Shown in pieces: positions 38,001 through 49,800 of a stretch of DNA of 64,000 nucleotides. Within the stretch, counting starts at the first letter, position 1. Each line of letters opens with the position of its first letter. Source of the stretch: Hormiphora californensis (Eukaryota; Animalia; Ctenophora); NCBI GenBank assembly GCA_020137815.1, contig CM035362.1, positions 4,960,001 to 5,024,000 on the forward strand, written 5' to 3'. A program made the translations under genes and the position numbers. Under the pieces are notes generated by a model that worked only from the letters and a program-made list of their open reading frames with translations, ran no database searches and was not told the DNA's origin.

Positions 38001-38418
38001 AGTTCTTCACGGTTGCGCGTCTTCATACAGTATCTCGGTTTTCCATTGCCGTTTTCCCACTACAAGCGACCGGGAAAGAACAGTTTAGATCACCCATTCT
38101 TTCTCCTGTAGTTCTCCAGAAACTTGGCGACAACGTGATACCCTACCTTACCGTTGGGCCCCTCAATGAAGTAATGACAGATGTTAGTAAAGATGAAATC
38201 CTCCAAGGTCCTACTCCAGTGGACGTTGATGCAGGTAAGATAGTACCCCAGATTCTATAGCAACTTGCCCGATCCCTCCTCATAGGAGTTTGAACAAAAT
38301 AAACTCTACATATATTACTCAAAGGCAACAGGCTAATATACATTTGTCTGTTGATTCTGACTTTCTGCATTGAGTAATTTAACAACTTATTGCAGGTGGT
38401 ATAAGGACAGAATTGTGA
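35011..38418 (+). CDS. Atypical extended SDR / NAD-dependent epimerase-dehydratase-fold protein with signal peptide and C-terminal RTEL; about 10 exons
   Basis: Exons about 35011-35137, 35361-35489, 35802-35953, 36262-36347, 36545-36637, 36814-36957, 37185-37302, 37661-37829, 38112-38234, 38396-38418 splice in frame: MLILPFLCLLSLVYG-DGEILVLGGQGLAGS (Rossmann GGxGxxG), YLFVSAAAVY, ILRCADMVGPRD, IYNVA, ELDFEPTPW, GGIRTEL-stop. Confidence 0.88.
35494..35602 (-). mobile_element. hAT-type MITE (about 109 bp, CAGGAACCGACCGA TIR, 8-bp TSD AAAGGTAC)
   Basis: Perfect 8-bp TSD at 35486-35493 and 35603-35610. Confidence 0.92.
37305..37566. repeat. 25-bp tandem repeat (about 10 copies) starting at an intron 5' end
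   Basis: AATAACTTTGCGGTGGAAGTTGTTG repeated immediately after donor GAT|GTGAGT. Confidence 0.95.
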
Positions 38419-38704
38419 CTACCCACGTCATCGTGGAGGTGGATGATGTTGACAAGCCTAGTGGGGCTACGAAGTTTTCTAGTACTCGTGGTGGTTGTAG
38501 TGGTATTTTCTTAAATATGATGTTGTTAACCCGTTTATATATTTTGTACACGAATTTTTGAAAATTGAATTGTTTTCATTTCTTATTGAAACTACAAGTC
38601 AGTGCATGATGATTGCTATCACGTGGTTGGGCACGTCACGCCCTCTTTTTTCGCGCGCGATTTTTCACGAAACCCTCACACAGAGGGCACAGTCACGACT
38701 AGTA

Positions 38705-39675
38705 CGGTGGCAGATTCCGGCCAAGAGTTTTTTCAATCAAGTGAATAATTTTTGTTTGAAGTTTATATAAAAATTTTATTTCAAAATAAAAATTAACATG
38801 TCGTTAAAATTATTGGCCGGAATCTGCCACGCGGGTGGCAGATTCCGGCCAAGATTCTCAAAAAACCTTGGCCAGAATCTGCCACACACGTGGCAGATTC
38901 TGGCCAACCAACTAAAACTTGTTTATATCAAAGCGAAAACCACTGTACCCGACTAATTTTGATACGCTGAATCACGTAAGATACTTTTCCAATCCCTCAG
39001 AGGTCGGAAAAGTGTCATAATTGACCATAATTGGGTCTAATTGATCCCACTTACAACTTTTTACCTTAAAACGATAGACGCTTATGTGAAGGCACTTTTC
39101 CGACTAATTTTGATACGCTGAATCACGTAAGCAACTTTTCCAAGTCCTCCGAGGTCGGGAAAATGCCCTAATTGAGCAATTAAGGCTAATTAGACCCAAT
39201 TATACCCAATTAAGGCATTTTCCCGACCTCGGAGGACTTGGAAAAGTTGCTTACGTGATTCAGCGTATCAAAATTAGTCGGAAAAGTGCCTTCACATAAG
39301 CGTCTATCGTTTTAAGGTAAAAAGTTGTAAGTGGGATCAATTAGACCCAATTATGGTCAATTATGACACTTTTCCGACCTCTGAGGGATTGGAAAAGTAT
39401 CTTACGTGATTCAGCGTATCAAAATTAGTCGGGTACAGTGGTTTTCGCTTTGATATAAACAAGTTTTAGTTGGTTGGCCAGAATCTGCCACGTGTGTGGC
39501 AGTTTCTGGCCAAGGTTTTTTGAGAATCTTGGCCGGAATCTGCCACCCGCGTGGCAGATTCCGGCCAATAATTTTAACGACATGTTTATTTTTATTTTGA
39601 AATAAAATTTTTATAAAACTTCAAACAAAAATCATTCACTTGATTGAAAAAACACTTGGCCGGAATCTGCCACCG
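38705..39675. mobile_element. Palindromic foldback MITE (about 970 bp, TA TSD, CGGTGGCAGATTCCGGCCAAG termini)
   Basis: Two near-identical arms meeting near 39190; internal repeats of TGGCAGATTCCGGCCAA and of an about 125-bp block. Confidence 0.9.
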
Positions 39676-40864
39676 TAGACTAGAGCACTCGGAAAGTGCT
39701 TAGTATTCAGCTGTGGCGAACGCCACAGCTTTTCTTTTTACGGAATTAGAAGGGCTATATTCCAAACAGGTGCAACGTCGCTGTCTCAATCTCTAATTCG
39801 TAAAAATAGGGGCTTAATCTCCGATTTCTGTATACAGTTTTTCGGCGATTACGAGAGATTGAGGCATCTGACAAACAAAATCTTCTGGATTTATAAACTT
39901 CAGACAATTTGCCACCTTTCTACCAAAGGATTTTGTCTGGGGACTTCTGGCCTATGATTGCATGTCATGACAGCCAATTAAAAATATTTGTCCTGAATTT
40001 AGTGGGGCTTAGTGTGGCTAAACCATGGCCCTATGCATAACCATCTTTTTTTTGCAGGTAGAGGTCACCTAGAACTGGTGCAACGTGTAGGTGGCCAGGT
40101 CTGAAACGATTTCTAGGCTGAGGAATCGACTCTTTAACTTTTGAGATGAAAAACAGGTTTTGGGACAAAATGGACACTTTTGCTTGTCAAATTTGAGAAC
40201 TCTTGACATTTTCTGACTTATTTTGATACGTTTTAATGAAATATTGTGTCTAAATAGCCTCTAATCACTTAATTAAGTGTGTTGCACGCGCAAATATAAA
40301 GCCGCGCCTATTTTTATAAAAACATTGCACACGTTTTGAAATTTAAAAAATCTTTGCTGAGCTCAGCAAAGATTTTTTTGGCAGAAGCAAACTCTCAAAC
40401 AAACTTTCCACTTTCCAGTTTCCACTCAAACCACAGAAAGATGAGGTAAATAAAGGGCGGGATTATAATCTGGGTGCCTTGCAGCCTGTTTACAGGTGCG
40501 CGCTACCAAAAGAGTACACTTGGACCGACTTTTTCAAACACGCAACCACATGGCCGATTTGAGTAAACTAAACGGCATCTGATAGAGAATCGATAGAGCT
40601 AACCTACCCTAACTGGCAAACCGTAACCCTAACCCGATCTCTCCATTGCTATGTGTTGGGTGAAGGGCGTCACATTCCACGTCTAGAGGAACTCGTCAGT
40701 TTACTGCAAGGGAGTGGAGAGGGCTATGATGATAACTGAAGGTAAACCACTTAAAAGTCCGCGTCCTGTCATAGTTCCCCAATATTGTCCTAGGAGAGAA
40801 ATTTTTTAGGTAGGAAGATCCATCTAGGGCAAAAAACTTAAATGCTTACTTTTAAATTGTTCTA

Positions 40865-41082
40865 CAGTCGGACCCCGATTTACCGGGAGGATTTCTTTCC
40901 CCCGATTTTTTTTGGAAAATTTTCGAAGTTTGGCCGGTTGGTAAACTTGCATTTGTAATTCGCTAGGTCTAATGGGGATCACGTATCGGTTCGTTTCGAA
41001 CCGTCTAATTAGCAGCAGGACACGTGATAAGATGCACCGATTCGAAACACGATTCGAAACACGATTCGAACGTGGCTGGTTG
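40865..41082. mobile_element. Truncated CAGTCGGACCCC-family MITE
   Basis: One TIR plus the internal GATAAGATGCACCGATTCGAAACACGATTCG block shared with 32900-32950 and 62660-62700. Confidence 0.75.
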
Positions 41083-41204
41083 TTGTTCATGTTGTTGTGG
41101 TGCTGCGATTCGGACTATGCAGAGCATATCGCCTCAAACGCTCCAAGGAGTCTAACTCCCGGCCTAACCAAGTAAAACTTGGGAATTCCCTATATGAATC
41201 TGGA

Positions 41205-41403
41205 ACTAGGTAACATTTTGCCTTTGAGAGATTCTTGATCGTTTGATTTGATCTGGAACAAGGTAACGATTTGCCTTTGAGAGACTCTTGAGTTTGGTCT
41301 GGAACAAGGTAACGGTATCCCTTGGAGAGATTCTTGTGTTTGGTTTAGTCTGGATCAAGGTAACGTTTTGCCTTTGAGAGTGTCTTGAGTTTGGGTCTGG
41401 AAT
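41205..41403. repeat. About 45-55 bp tandem repeat, 4 copies
   Basis: AGGTAACRTTTTGCCTTTGAGAGAxTCTTGAGTTTGGTCTGGAAC-like unit. Confidence 0.8.
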
Positions 41404-42029
41404 CCCGATGTATACCGCGTTTGGCCAATTACTTTCAAACATAAACTTTACACAATCTGTGAACAGACAATACGAACAGATGAACTTACAGAATTTTGAT
41501 GGATGATTGGTACCGTGATGTTGTTGGTGATGAGAATGAAGATGAGAGGTGTATCCAATTCCGTTAGAGATAAAGATAAACGAGGGGAGGCGGGTGGGGT
41601 GGCGGGGCGGGGCGGGTGGGGTGGGACGGTGGGTAGTATTTTGGCCAAAAATGCTGCCATAAACTAATGATTGGACTAGGCCATGCCGGGGAGGCGGTGG
41701 GTGCAGAGGTCATGAGTGTAGTTGTATTTTGAGGCAGATTAAGTGCATTAATGAGGATAGGCCATAGGAGTGTCCGGACAAGAATAGTGTGAAACGAATT
41801 GATGTGAACAATTTGAGGCTAATGTATTTAATAGTTAAGATCATATCTTTGGTCCAGACAAGCAAAGTGAAACGAATTGCAATTGAAAAAGTTCAGTAAG
41901 CAATACTAGGGTATGAGGGGTATTTAGGATGCCCTGATGGGTTCTTGTAGGACATAAGAGAAATCAAAAAGTGTTTGGGGGCGTCTAGAAGTACATAAGA
42001 GATTTGGTTCAAGGTGTAGCTAGTTGGAT

Positions 42030-43480
42030 CTGGTAGTATCTAGGAGGGTCTGAGGCGTATATTAGTAGTTTCTAGCAGGGTCTCAGGGGCATCTAGTAGG
42101 GTCTCAGGGGCGTCTAGTAGCCAGTAGAGTAGACGGGCATCTAAAATGGTCTATGGGTTGTATTGGAGGGTCAGAGGGGTATCCAGTACGGTCTGAGTGG
42201 CATCTAGTGGATTCTGAGGGCGCTGGGTGACGTCAATACGATGTGGTTGACACATACGAGTGATTCTAGAGGGTATCTAGTGGCCTCTGAGCCTCAGAGT
42301 CTGAGGCCACTCTGAGGGTATCTAAAGGATCGGAGGAGTATCTAGTTAATTCTGAGGGCTATCTAGTAGGTTTTGAGGGTATCTAAAAAAGTCTGAGGGG
42401 TATTTAGGAGGCTCTAACCGGGTTCTGGGAGAGTCTTGGGAGATATTTAAGTGGGTTTTAGGGTGTACCTAGTAAGATAAGATCTGGTCAACGTACCCAA
42501 TTATGCCCAATTATATCCAATTATGCCTAACTAAGACACTTTTCACACCTCTGAGTTCATTATATTGTCATAATCGTATTCAGCGGTCAAAAGCAGGTCC
42601 TTATTCATGGTGAGCCATTTAAACCGTATAATATCGGAAATATGGCTATGTGCACAACTAATATCTAATTAACCAATTAACAAAATGAGATAGGAACTTT
42701 TTATGGGCGTCTACCCCCACTAATGCGAGGACGCTCCCCATTTTGATGTCCTTGGATTTGTCTCTGCTCCTTCCCAAAGGAAAGTTACGTTTTTGGCATC
42801 TGCCTGAAAATACGGTGCCACGCCCACCCGAAATAAGGGTCTTCTGCGGCTCCGATCGGCCAGGAATTTTTTTGGTGGTTTGGGGGGCCCATTGGGGTCG
42901 CTTGGTGGGGGAACTGGCTTGTTGCACATTTTGCCACTAATTTGCGGTCTATTTGGCTATTAGCCCAATTAAGGTCAATTAAGTCCAATTTGCGGCTAAT
43001 TGGTTGGAGATAGCGACTTCGGACCCTTCATAGCGTCAATATAAACTTGGGTATTCCGGTTCGTTTGCAACCGGAATCAAGTCTCTACGACGCTCCTGAG
43101 CTGAGAAACAGAAAATCTTACAAACCCAATAACCAGGCGCAAAACGGTTTTAAAGAAGTTCGATTTCCGGCTAAACGGTTGGAGATAGCGACTTTGGACC
43201 TTCATAGCACTGATATAAACTTGCACATTCCGGTCAGTTTCCGACCATGAAAAGTCTCTACAGTGTCCCGGAGCTGAGATACGAGGGTGTCAATTAAGTC
43301 CAATCAATCAGTTAAATCCAATTAGCGGCTAAACGGTTAGAATAGCGACTTCGGACCTTCATAGCACTAATATAAAATCATATATTCCGGATCGATTGCG
43401 ACCAATGAAAGGTCTCTACGACGCCCAGAGCTGAGTTAGCAAAATTGGCGAGTTATACCATCAAGCCAATTAGGGCCAAT
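42030..43480. repeat. Degenerate about 21-bp repeats (42030-42470) and a 3-copy about 170-bp repeat (42990-43440), probably transposon-internal
   Basis: GGGTATCTAGTAGGGTCTGAG-like units; CGGCTAAACGGTTGGAGATAGCGACTTCGGACCTTCATAGC at about 42993, 43167 and 43326. Confidence 0.7.
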
Positions 43481-45509
43481 TAAGGGTACTTCCCCCAGGA
43501 GTTGGTTGGTAGACTTTTGGGATCTCACCCAGAAGGCCTTTGAGGACATTTTAGTGAAGGAATTACAAATGCATCAAAAATTTCGGGGGTCGACCCCTTT
43601 TTTTACACGTTTTCACTAGACTATTAGGAGACCCTAGTTGGTGACCAAGCGCTTCACCTTTACCCTCAGGCCTCAGTAATCTTAACACTGCAGTCACTTG
43701 CAATTATTGTGTGATAGTATTTTCATGCTTGGAAGACTTGCTACCACGTCATGGTACGGCTGTAGGGTACCCAAAGTGTTTCAGGTGAAAATAGGAAGTG
43801 ATACGAGTGAGTAATTGCGCGCCACAATGTGTGTTAATCATTTCCTTTGTTGCATCAACAAAGTGTGAGTTGAAAGATTTATGAAGGAGCAGACTTTGTT
43901 GCTATGTGTAACGGTGGACGGACGGACGGACATTTTAGTTAACTAACAATCTGCTGATTTCTAAACCCTGAATGATCTTTTTAGCACGTGCGTGCTAAAA
44001 ACATCATCCCGGGTGATTGCCTTCGGCAATCACCCGGGCAGGGAAAAAATAGCAGAAAAAAGGCCAGGAGAATGCTCGCTGGGGCAAGCAACTCGAATGG
44101 AATAGTGCGCACAGCCTCTTGTAATTATGAAATCGTCCCCATCTCTACTGCACTCTACATATCGTGCCTCGTGCATATTAGCTCATTCGCACGATTATAA
44201 AAACACATCTCCTTATTCTTTTTCTTCAGTCGACAGGTGTTGATAGCCATCAGCCCTTACCCAACACATCCCATTTGCCCAGCACTTGCATATATTATTC
44301 TGCATCGATCCACATTTCACAAATCGCTATATATATGGAGTTGTACTTTTAGTTGTACGTGTGTTTGTGTGACACGATTTCGTACGGGTAATGCAGTATC
44401 CCGGTGTGTTTGTTGAGGGTAGATATATAAATTCTTTGGGGCATCGAAATGCCTGATCTGGGCAGGTGTTGATTACCAGCAGATGAGCTGTAATTGCACA
44501 CTGAACTTAATATCAGATTGCCCAGCGAACACTGCATACGTTTGTTGCCATGTACGCTTGTGGAATATTGTACTAAAGTCTAAATCGTAGCCATTTTGTG
44601 GCTACATTTGAGTACAATCTAGCCCTAGCTGTATGGATAACTCAATGATAATTGTGCACGGCCAACAAACAGTACGATACACACCCACTATATATCGTGC
44701 AGTTTCCATTTCTGCTAATGGAATTATAGCGTACCAGCACCAGCAACAACAGTGGATATACTTCCAGTTTCCATATTGGTGAACTACCAGTACCGCGGAA
44801 AGGCAGTTCTTAGGCTTTTTCATTCTATCTGCATGTCCTAGTATTTTCAGTGTGTAGCTGTTATAGTATTATAATTTTGAATGAATTGAAGCTGCAACTC
44901 GATGTACCTTGCTGTACACTTTGCAATAAATTTTTGTGTGAGGAACTCGCTGTAGTTATAGTGGAAATAAGACAACCCCTGGGCTCTGAGCCAGACCACG
45001 TTTTGATTCTCAATCAGACAATCCCAAAACGATTTGATAACTCTACATCAATGACTAAATAAAGTTCTTGAAGTCAAATACTCTGCAAAAACGGCGTTAT
45101 ATATTTTCTCACAATATATAATTCATCTCCCAGTTATGGGTAGTTTTGTTGTTTGATCTGTAAGATCCTGATACGCACATGAAATGATGCATGAATCCAA
45201 AGAGGTGAGATTGCATTTCAGCCCTGTTTTTCTAATTGTTGAGCATATATACAGGGTTTCCGCTTTACTCAATGTTTTGATGGGTTTGCAGAAAATTTAC
45301 TTCAATCACAATTCACATCTTATTTCTGTTTCCTAATCAGAATTTATGTAACTTGCTAATTGACCCTTCCTGTTCACTGCAGTACTGCAGCTCCGTACGG
45401 TTTTCTCTCTCCTAGATTTGTGACATTAATTATGCACACCACGCGTGTGTTGGTAGCTTTTCTTTATTCAGGATTGTACATGAGCTCTTTACACTTTCCA
45501 TCTCTCTCT

Positions 45510-45556
<47 letters not shown>

Positions 45557-46023
45557 CTCTTCTCTATTCTCACTCTCTCTCTCTCTCTCTCTCCCTTACA
45601 CGATTAGCCTACCACCCAATGATTGGTTGCAATTATAATAGGCAAATCAGCCCAAATCGACCTGTAGATCACTGCTGCAGCTGCTACGTGCACGAATTGG
45701 TTATTGTCTGATCACTTTGCGATTTAATATTGTGGTTATAAAGAATGGGAATGGGAAGTGGAAACCTATCGGTATAAAGTCAAGTAGAGGATCGCCATAT
45801 TTGTCAAAATGTATTCATCTTCCTAAACTGATGATTTATGCTTGCTGAACCCGACCCATCACCCATGTGATATATGCTAAATTGCGGTATTGGCCTGACC
45901 CATGATATGCTAAATTGCAGCAAATTGTACCACTAATAACTCAGCTTGATTCTAGTGTAAGCTCTGACGAGCTGTAACTTTGCTGCGGTGCTACTTCCCC
46001 CTTTTTGTTACTTCCTTCTCATT

Positions 46024-46072
<49 letters not shown>

Positions 46073-46392
46073 TTCCTCTCTCTCTCCCTCTTTTTCTCAT
46101 TTCTAATTGTTCGACATTTGTAATTTTCTTCTAAAAGAGTAGAAGAAGCTTCTAGAAGTCATATCCTTTCTGAGCTGTGTATGGCCTAGGGTTTATGTTC
46201 AACCCTAGTTCCCAACCTTTTTAGTGTCCTGTTTCAGTGTTTCGTATAGAACAAAATAAAAAGGCAAAAGCTGAAGCAGACCAGTCTCCGTGCACATTCC
46301 TGAGTGCTTTGTTTTCGGTCGCATCTCCTAGAAAATACAACTGTCCTGTATTTAGAATGCAATACACCAATATGTGGGTGTGTTCTCTCTCT

Positions 46393-46466
<74 letters not shown>

Positions 46467-46846
46467 ACTCTCTCTCTCTCTCTCTCTGCCACCCTGTCGT
46501 CTTTCCCGTTTCCACACTTTCCCGAACTTTTCATTTGCCTGCACAGCTACACACTCGGTGTCTGACGTCTGTTCACAATACATACTTCCTCATAAATGTT
46601 GTATTTGATCTACTAGCTACCTTTGTTTAAATGTATTGTTCGAACTCTTATTTTTGAAGTGCCTCTGATTGTTTTGATCTCTTTCCACCGTGAATACTGA
46701 ATTCGTATATCAATCAACACACAGTGTGAACACTTGTTGAGTAAGCTAAGGTGGTCCTTCACCCTTTACTCATCAAATGAACACTAATTGCTTAGGACCT
46801 ACAATTAGGATCTTGCTTTGGACCTACAATTACATTATAGTCCGAT

Positions 46847-49800
46847 ATGGGGGAGTTACCGGCCTCGCCCACCACCCAACGAGGACCGCATCAGCTGGGG
46901 AAATCCTTTGAAACAACGGATGGAGGTGGGAGAAGTATATCAACTTTGAGGCATATGGTCAACGATGCTGTCAAGGTACAGAAAATACCCATATATGGCC
47001 ATTAATTGAGGCCCATATATAACAAATCTGGAAATTATTTAGATTGCATTGAAATTTCCCTGAAATTTACAATTTAATGTCATATAATTGTCATATAATT
47101 GTGCATGACACACTCTTTACAGAACGCCCGTGCAAAAGGCACATCTTCAGACGACTTTACAATAGTAAGAGCGTTATTTTTAACGGGATCAAATTCACTT
47201 CAGGCATCGTTCCTAACTATACTATGAACGGTTCATTTAGTGAGTTTTTTAGCTTCCTAAAGTATACTATACTTTAGGAAGCTAAAAAAACTCACTAAAT
47301 GAACCGTTCATCCCGTTGCTATGGAGACAAGATTATTACTAAATACTAAGAACAGTTACATAAAAAATGCCACAAATGCATAATATGGCTAGATCTGCGT
47401 ACCAAAACCTACACTGTTTATGTTGTAACGTGGTGTCTTAGTATAGGAACATTATAGATGTGCCTACGAAATCCTGCATTGTTTATGTTATTCAAAAAGG
47501 AGCATTGTAAAATTTTGAGATATAATATAATTCTTTAGGTAGCACTGCTTGTACAACTTATAACACCCCCCAGTGTTATAAGTTTTCACTTATAACACCC
47601 CCCAGTGTTATAAGTTTTCACTTATAACACCCCCCAGTGATACATGAAAACTTATAACACTGCTGCACTTCGAACTCCTTACTCCACTGTTTCTGTCACA
47701 CTTAAAAACCGTTAGAAAGATAAACGTGTACGAATTCCCTCTCTCTCTTTCTTTATGTCACACTCTCACGCCGTTGCAGCACCGATATCAAGATAACGGT
47801 TACGAACTCCCTGACCCACACATTCTTTATCTCTCTCACTCTCACTAATCTCTCACTCTCTTTACCTATCTCAGGCGTTATCTTATCTTATACTGATTTC
47901 TCTGCCTGCTACCCTATCATGAATTCGTTCTATTGTTACGCCCTAAAGTGTCTCTCACTCTTGTTTTAAAAATTTTACAATGCAATTTTATTATGCCTAT
48001 TTTCGTTGTACCTGAAGTCAACAATAATGTCCCAGATTCTTACACTTTTAGACCTCGCAGGCTCGGTCAAAAAGTAAAACTACATCACTCGCAGGCTCGT
48101 GAGGTAGTTACACTTAGTGGCACTCGCAGGCTCGTGCACTAAAGTACAAGAATCTGCCTCGACCTGTGGTCTCGGATCATTATTGTTGTACTTATAACAC
48201 TCGACCTTCGGTCTCGTGTTATAAGTTTTCAGGTACAACTTATAGACATAATAAAATCCTACATTCTATACTTGTGAATCTCTACTTGGTGACATAGACA
48301 CCTGGCGCGACCGAGATTGAGCTCACACACACGGGGGTCGCGCCAGGTGTCTATGTTTGTTACTTCCGTAACCTTCGCGAGCCGGCCGGAGGGTCGCGTA
48401 ATCTGACAAGTCTATGTGACCATCTCTAAATAGTATGTATGATACATTGAGTCTCCATTCCCATTTCGGCCGTCGTCATGGCAACAGGGTGAGTGGTAAA
48501 TTATAGTAGGAAGTAATTACACTCTCTCCCTCTATCTCTCCCAGTCTTGGCTCCTCTTACTCTCTGCCTCTCTCTCTCCCAGTCTTACTCTCTGCCTCTC
48601 TCATCCTTCTCTCACTGTGTGTGTATACTTGCAATTGTATGTGTACGTGCTTGTTGACGTATCATCTTGTCTGATCAATGGTCATGTATTATTTCATTGT
48701 ATACTAGTCTCTAGTTGTTTTGCTTAGTATAGATCGACATGGTAAAAGTGTGGCCTGACCATTTCCAAATAACGCGGACTAGGTCATATAGCGGTCGTAG
48801 GGAGACCATTGGGCGAAGGGGGCGAAAACCTCAAATGTTCGCCAAAAAGGTACAGTCTAATATCGAGATTACATTGTATAATTCTAAAATTGTGTTCTCG
48901 TTCGTGTGTCCTCCATTCATATGTTCCCTTTTATATGGATACCCCCAGCTCCAACACTGATATCAAAACGGCAACATTTTTCACCAGCACATCCTCTAAG
49001 ATAGATTCGCTTGTAACTATCTTTATCTCTACCAGATCACATATATGTAGTACTACCCAGTTCATATCATCCTATGATCCTTATCTGTCGCTCTCACTGA
49101 CACTGTTAAATCTACTTCCAAATGATTGTTCCAATATTGTGTTTGATACCGTTGCTTTCAAGTCATCCACTCCAGCCTATCCCACCCGCCCCACCCTATC
49201 ACGCTCTAACCCGCCTAATCCAACCTATTCACCCCACCGACGCAACCTAATCCTTCTTCTCCTCTCACTCAACTCTCTAATTCTCACTCAACTCTCTTCG
49301 CAAAAACAACATAAATTGTGTGCTTGTGTATCACACCGAACTCAAATTGTGTGCTTGTTGTTTCCTCATCTGCAGTGTATACTGTATCACCATGTATCTC
49401 ATGGGATCTCGTTGCTGCATGTGGCTCACCGCCTTTTTGTGAGGGTTCGATATAGATCAATATCATATTGTACACTAGTGGTTTCTTTTTGTTGTACAAT
49501 TTTGATATTTAGTAAGGGACACTGTCGTGGTACATTTGATACAGTGCTCAATCTTTGCAAATGGATATATTACACAAAAACCAAAGAAAACGAATTTTCT
49601 GTGTAACCTTTAATTATATAAAACGTGTGACTTTTAAAAGTGTACCACCTGTCAGCGGGATTCCTGACAGTCAGGAACCGACCGAATCAGGAAATACTGG
49701 TCCCTGATTGGCTGATAACCAGTCACATGACCTAAATAACGAGTTCTGATTGGTTGTTTACTTTTTTCGGTCGGTTCCTGCTGACAGTGTACTATACCGA

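Noticed and set aside
44005-44040. GC-rich hairpin CCCGGGTGATTGCC-TTC-GGCAATCACCCGGG (relative near 57590) as a terminator or ncRNA
   Set aside because: More simply the subterminal hairpin of a dispersed repeat; intrinsic terminators do not apply in this eukaryotic context.
48809-49606. 265-aa plus-strand ORF within the TRPM 5' region
   Set aside because: Non-ATG start, no recognisable motif and no phase-compatible link to TRPM exons.
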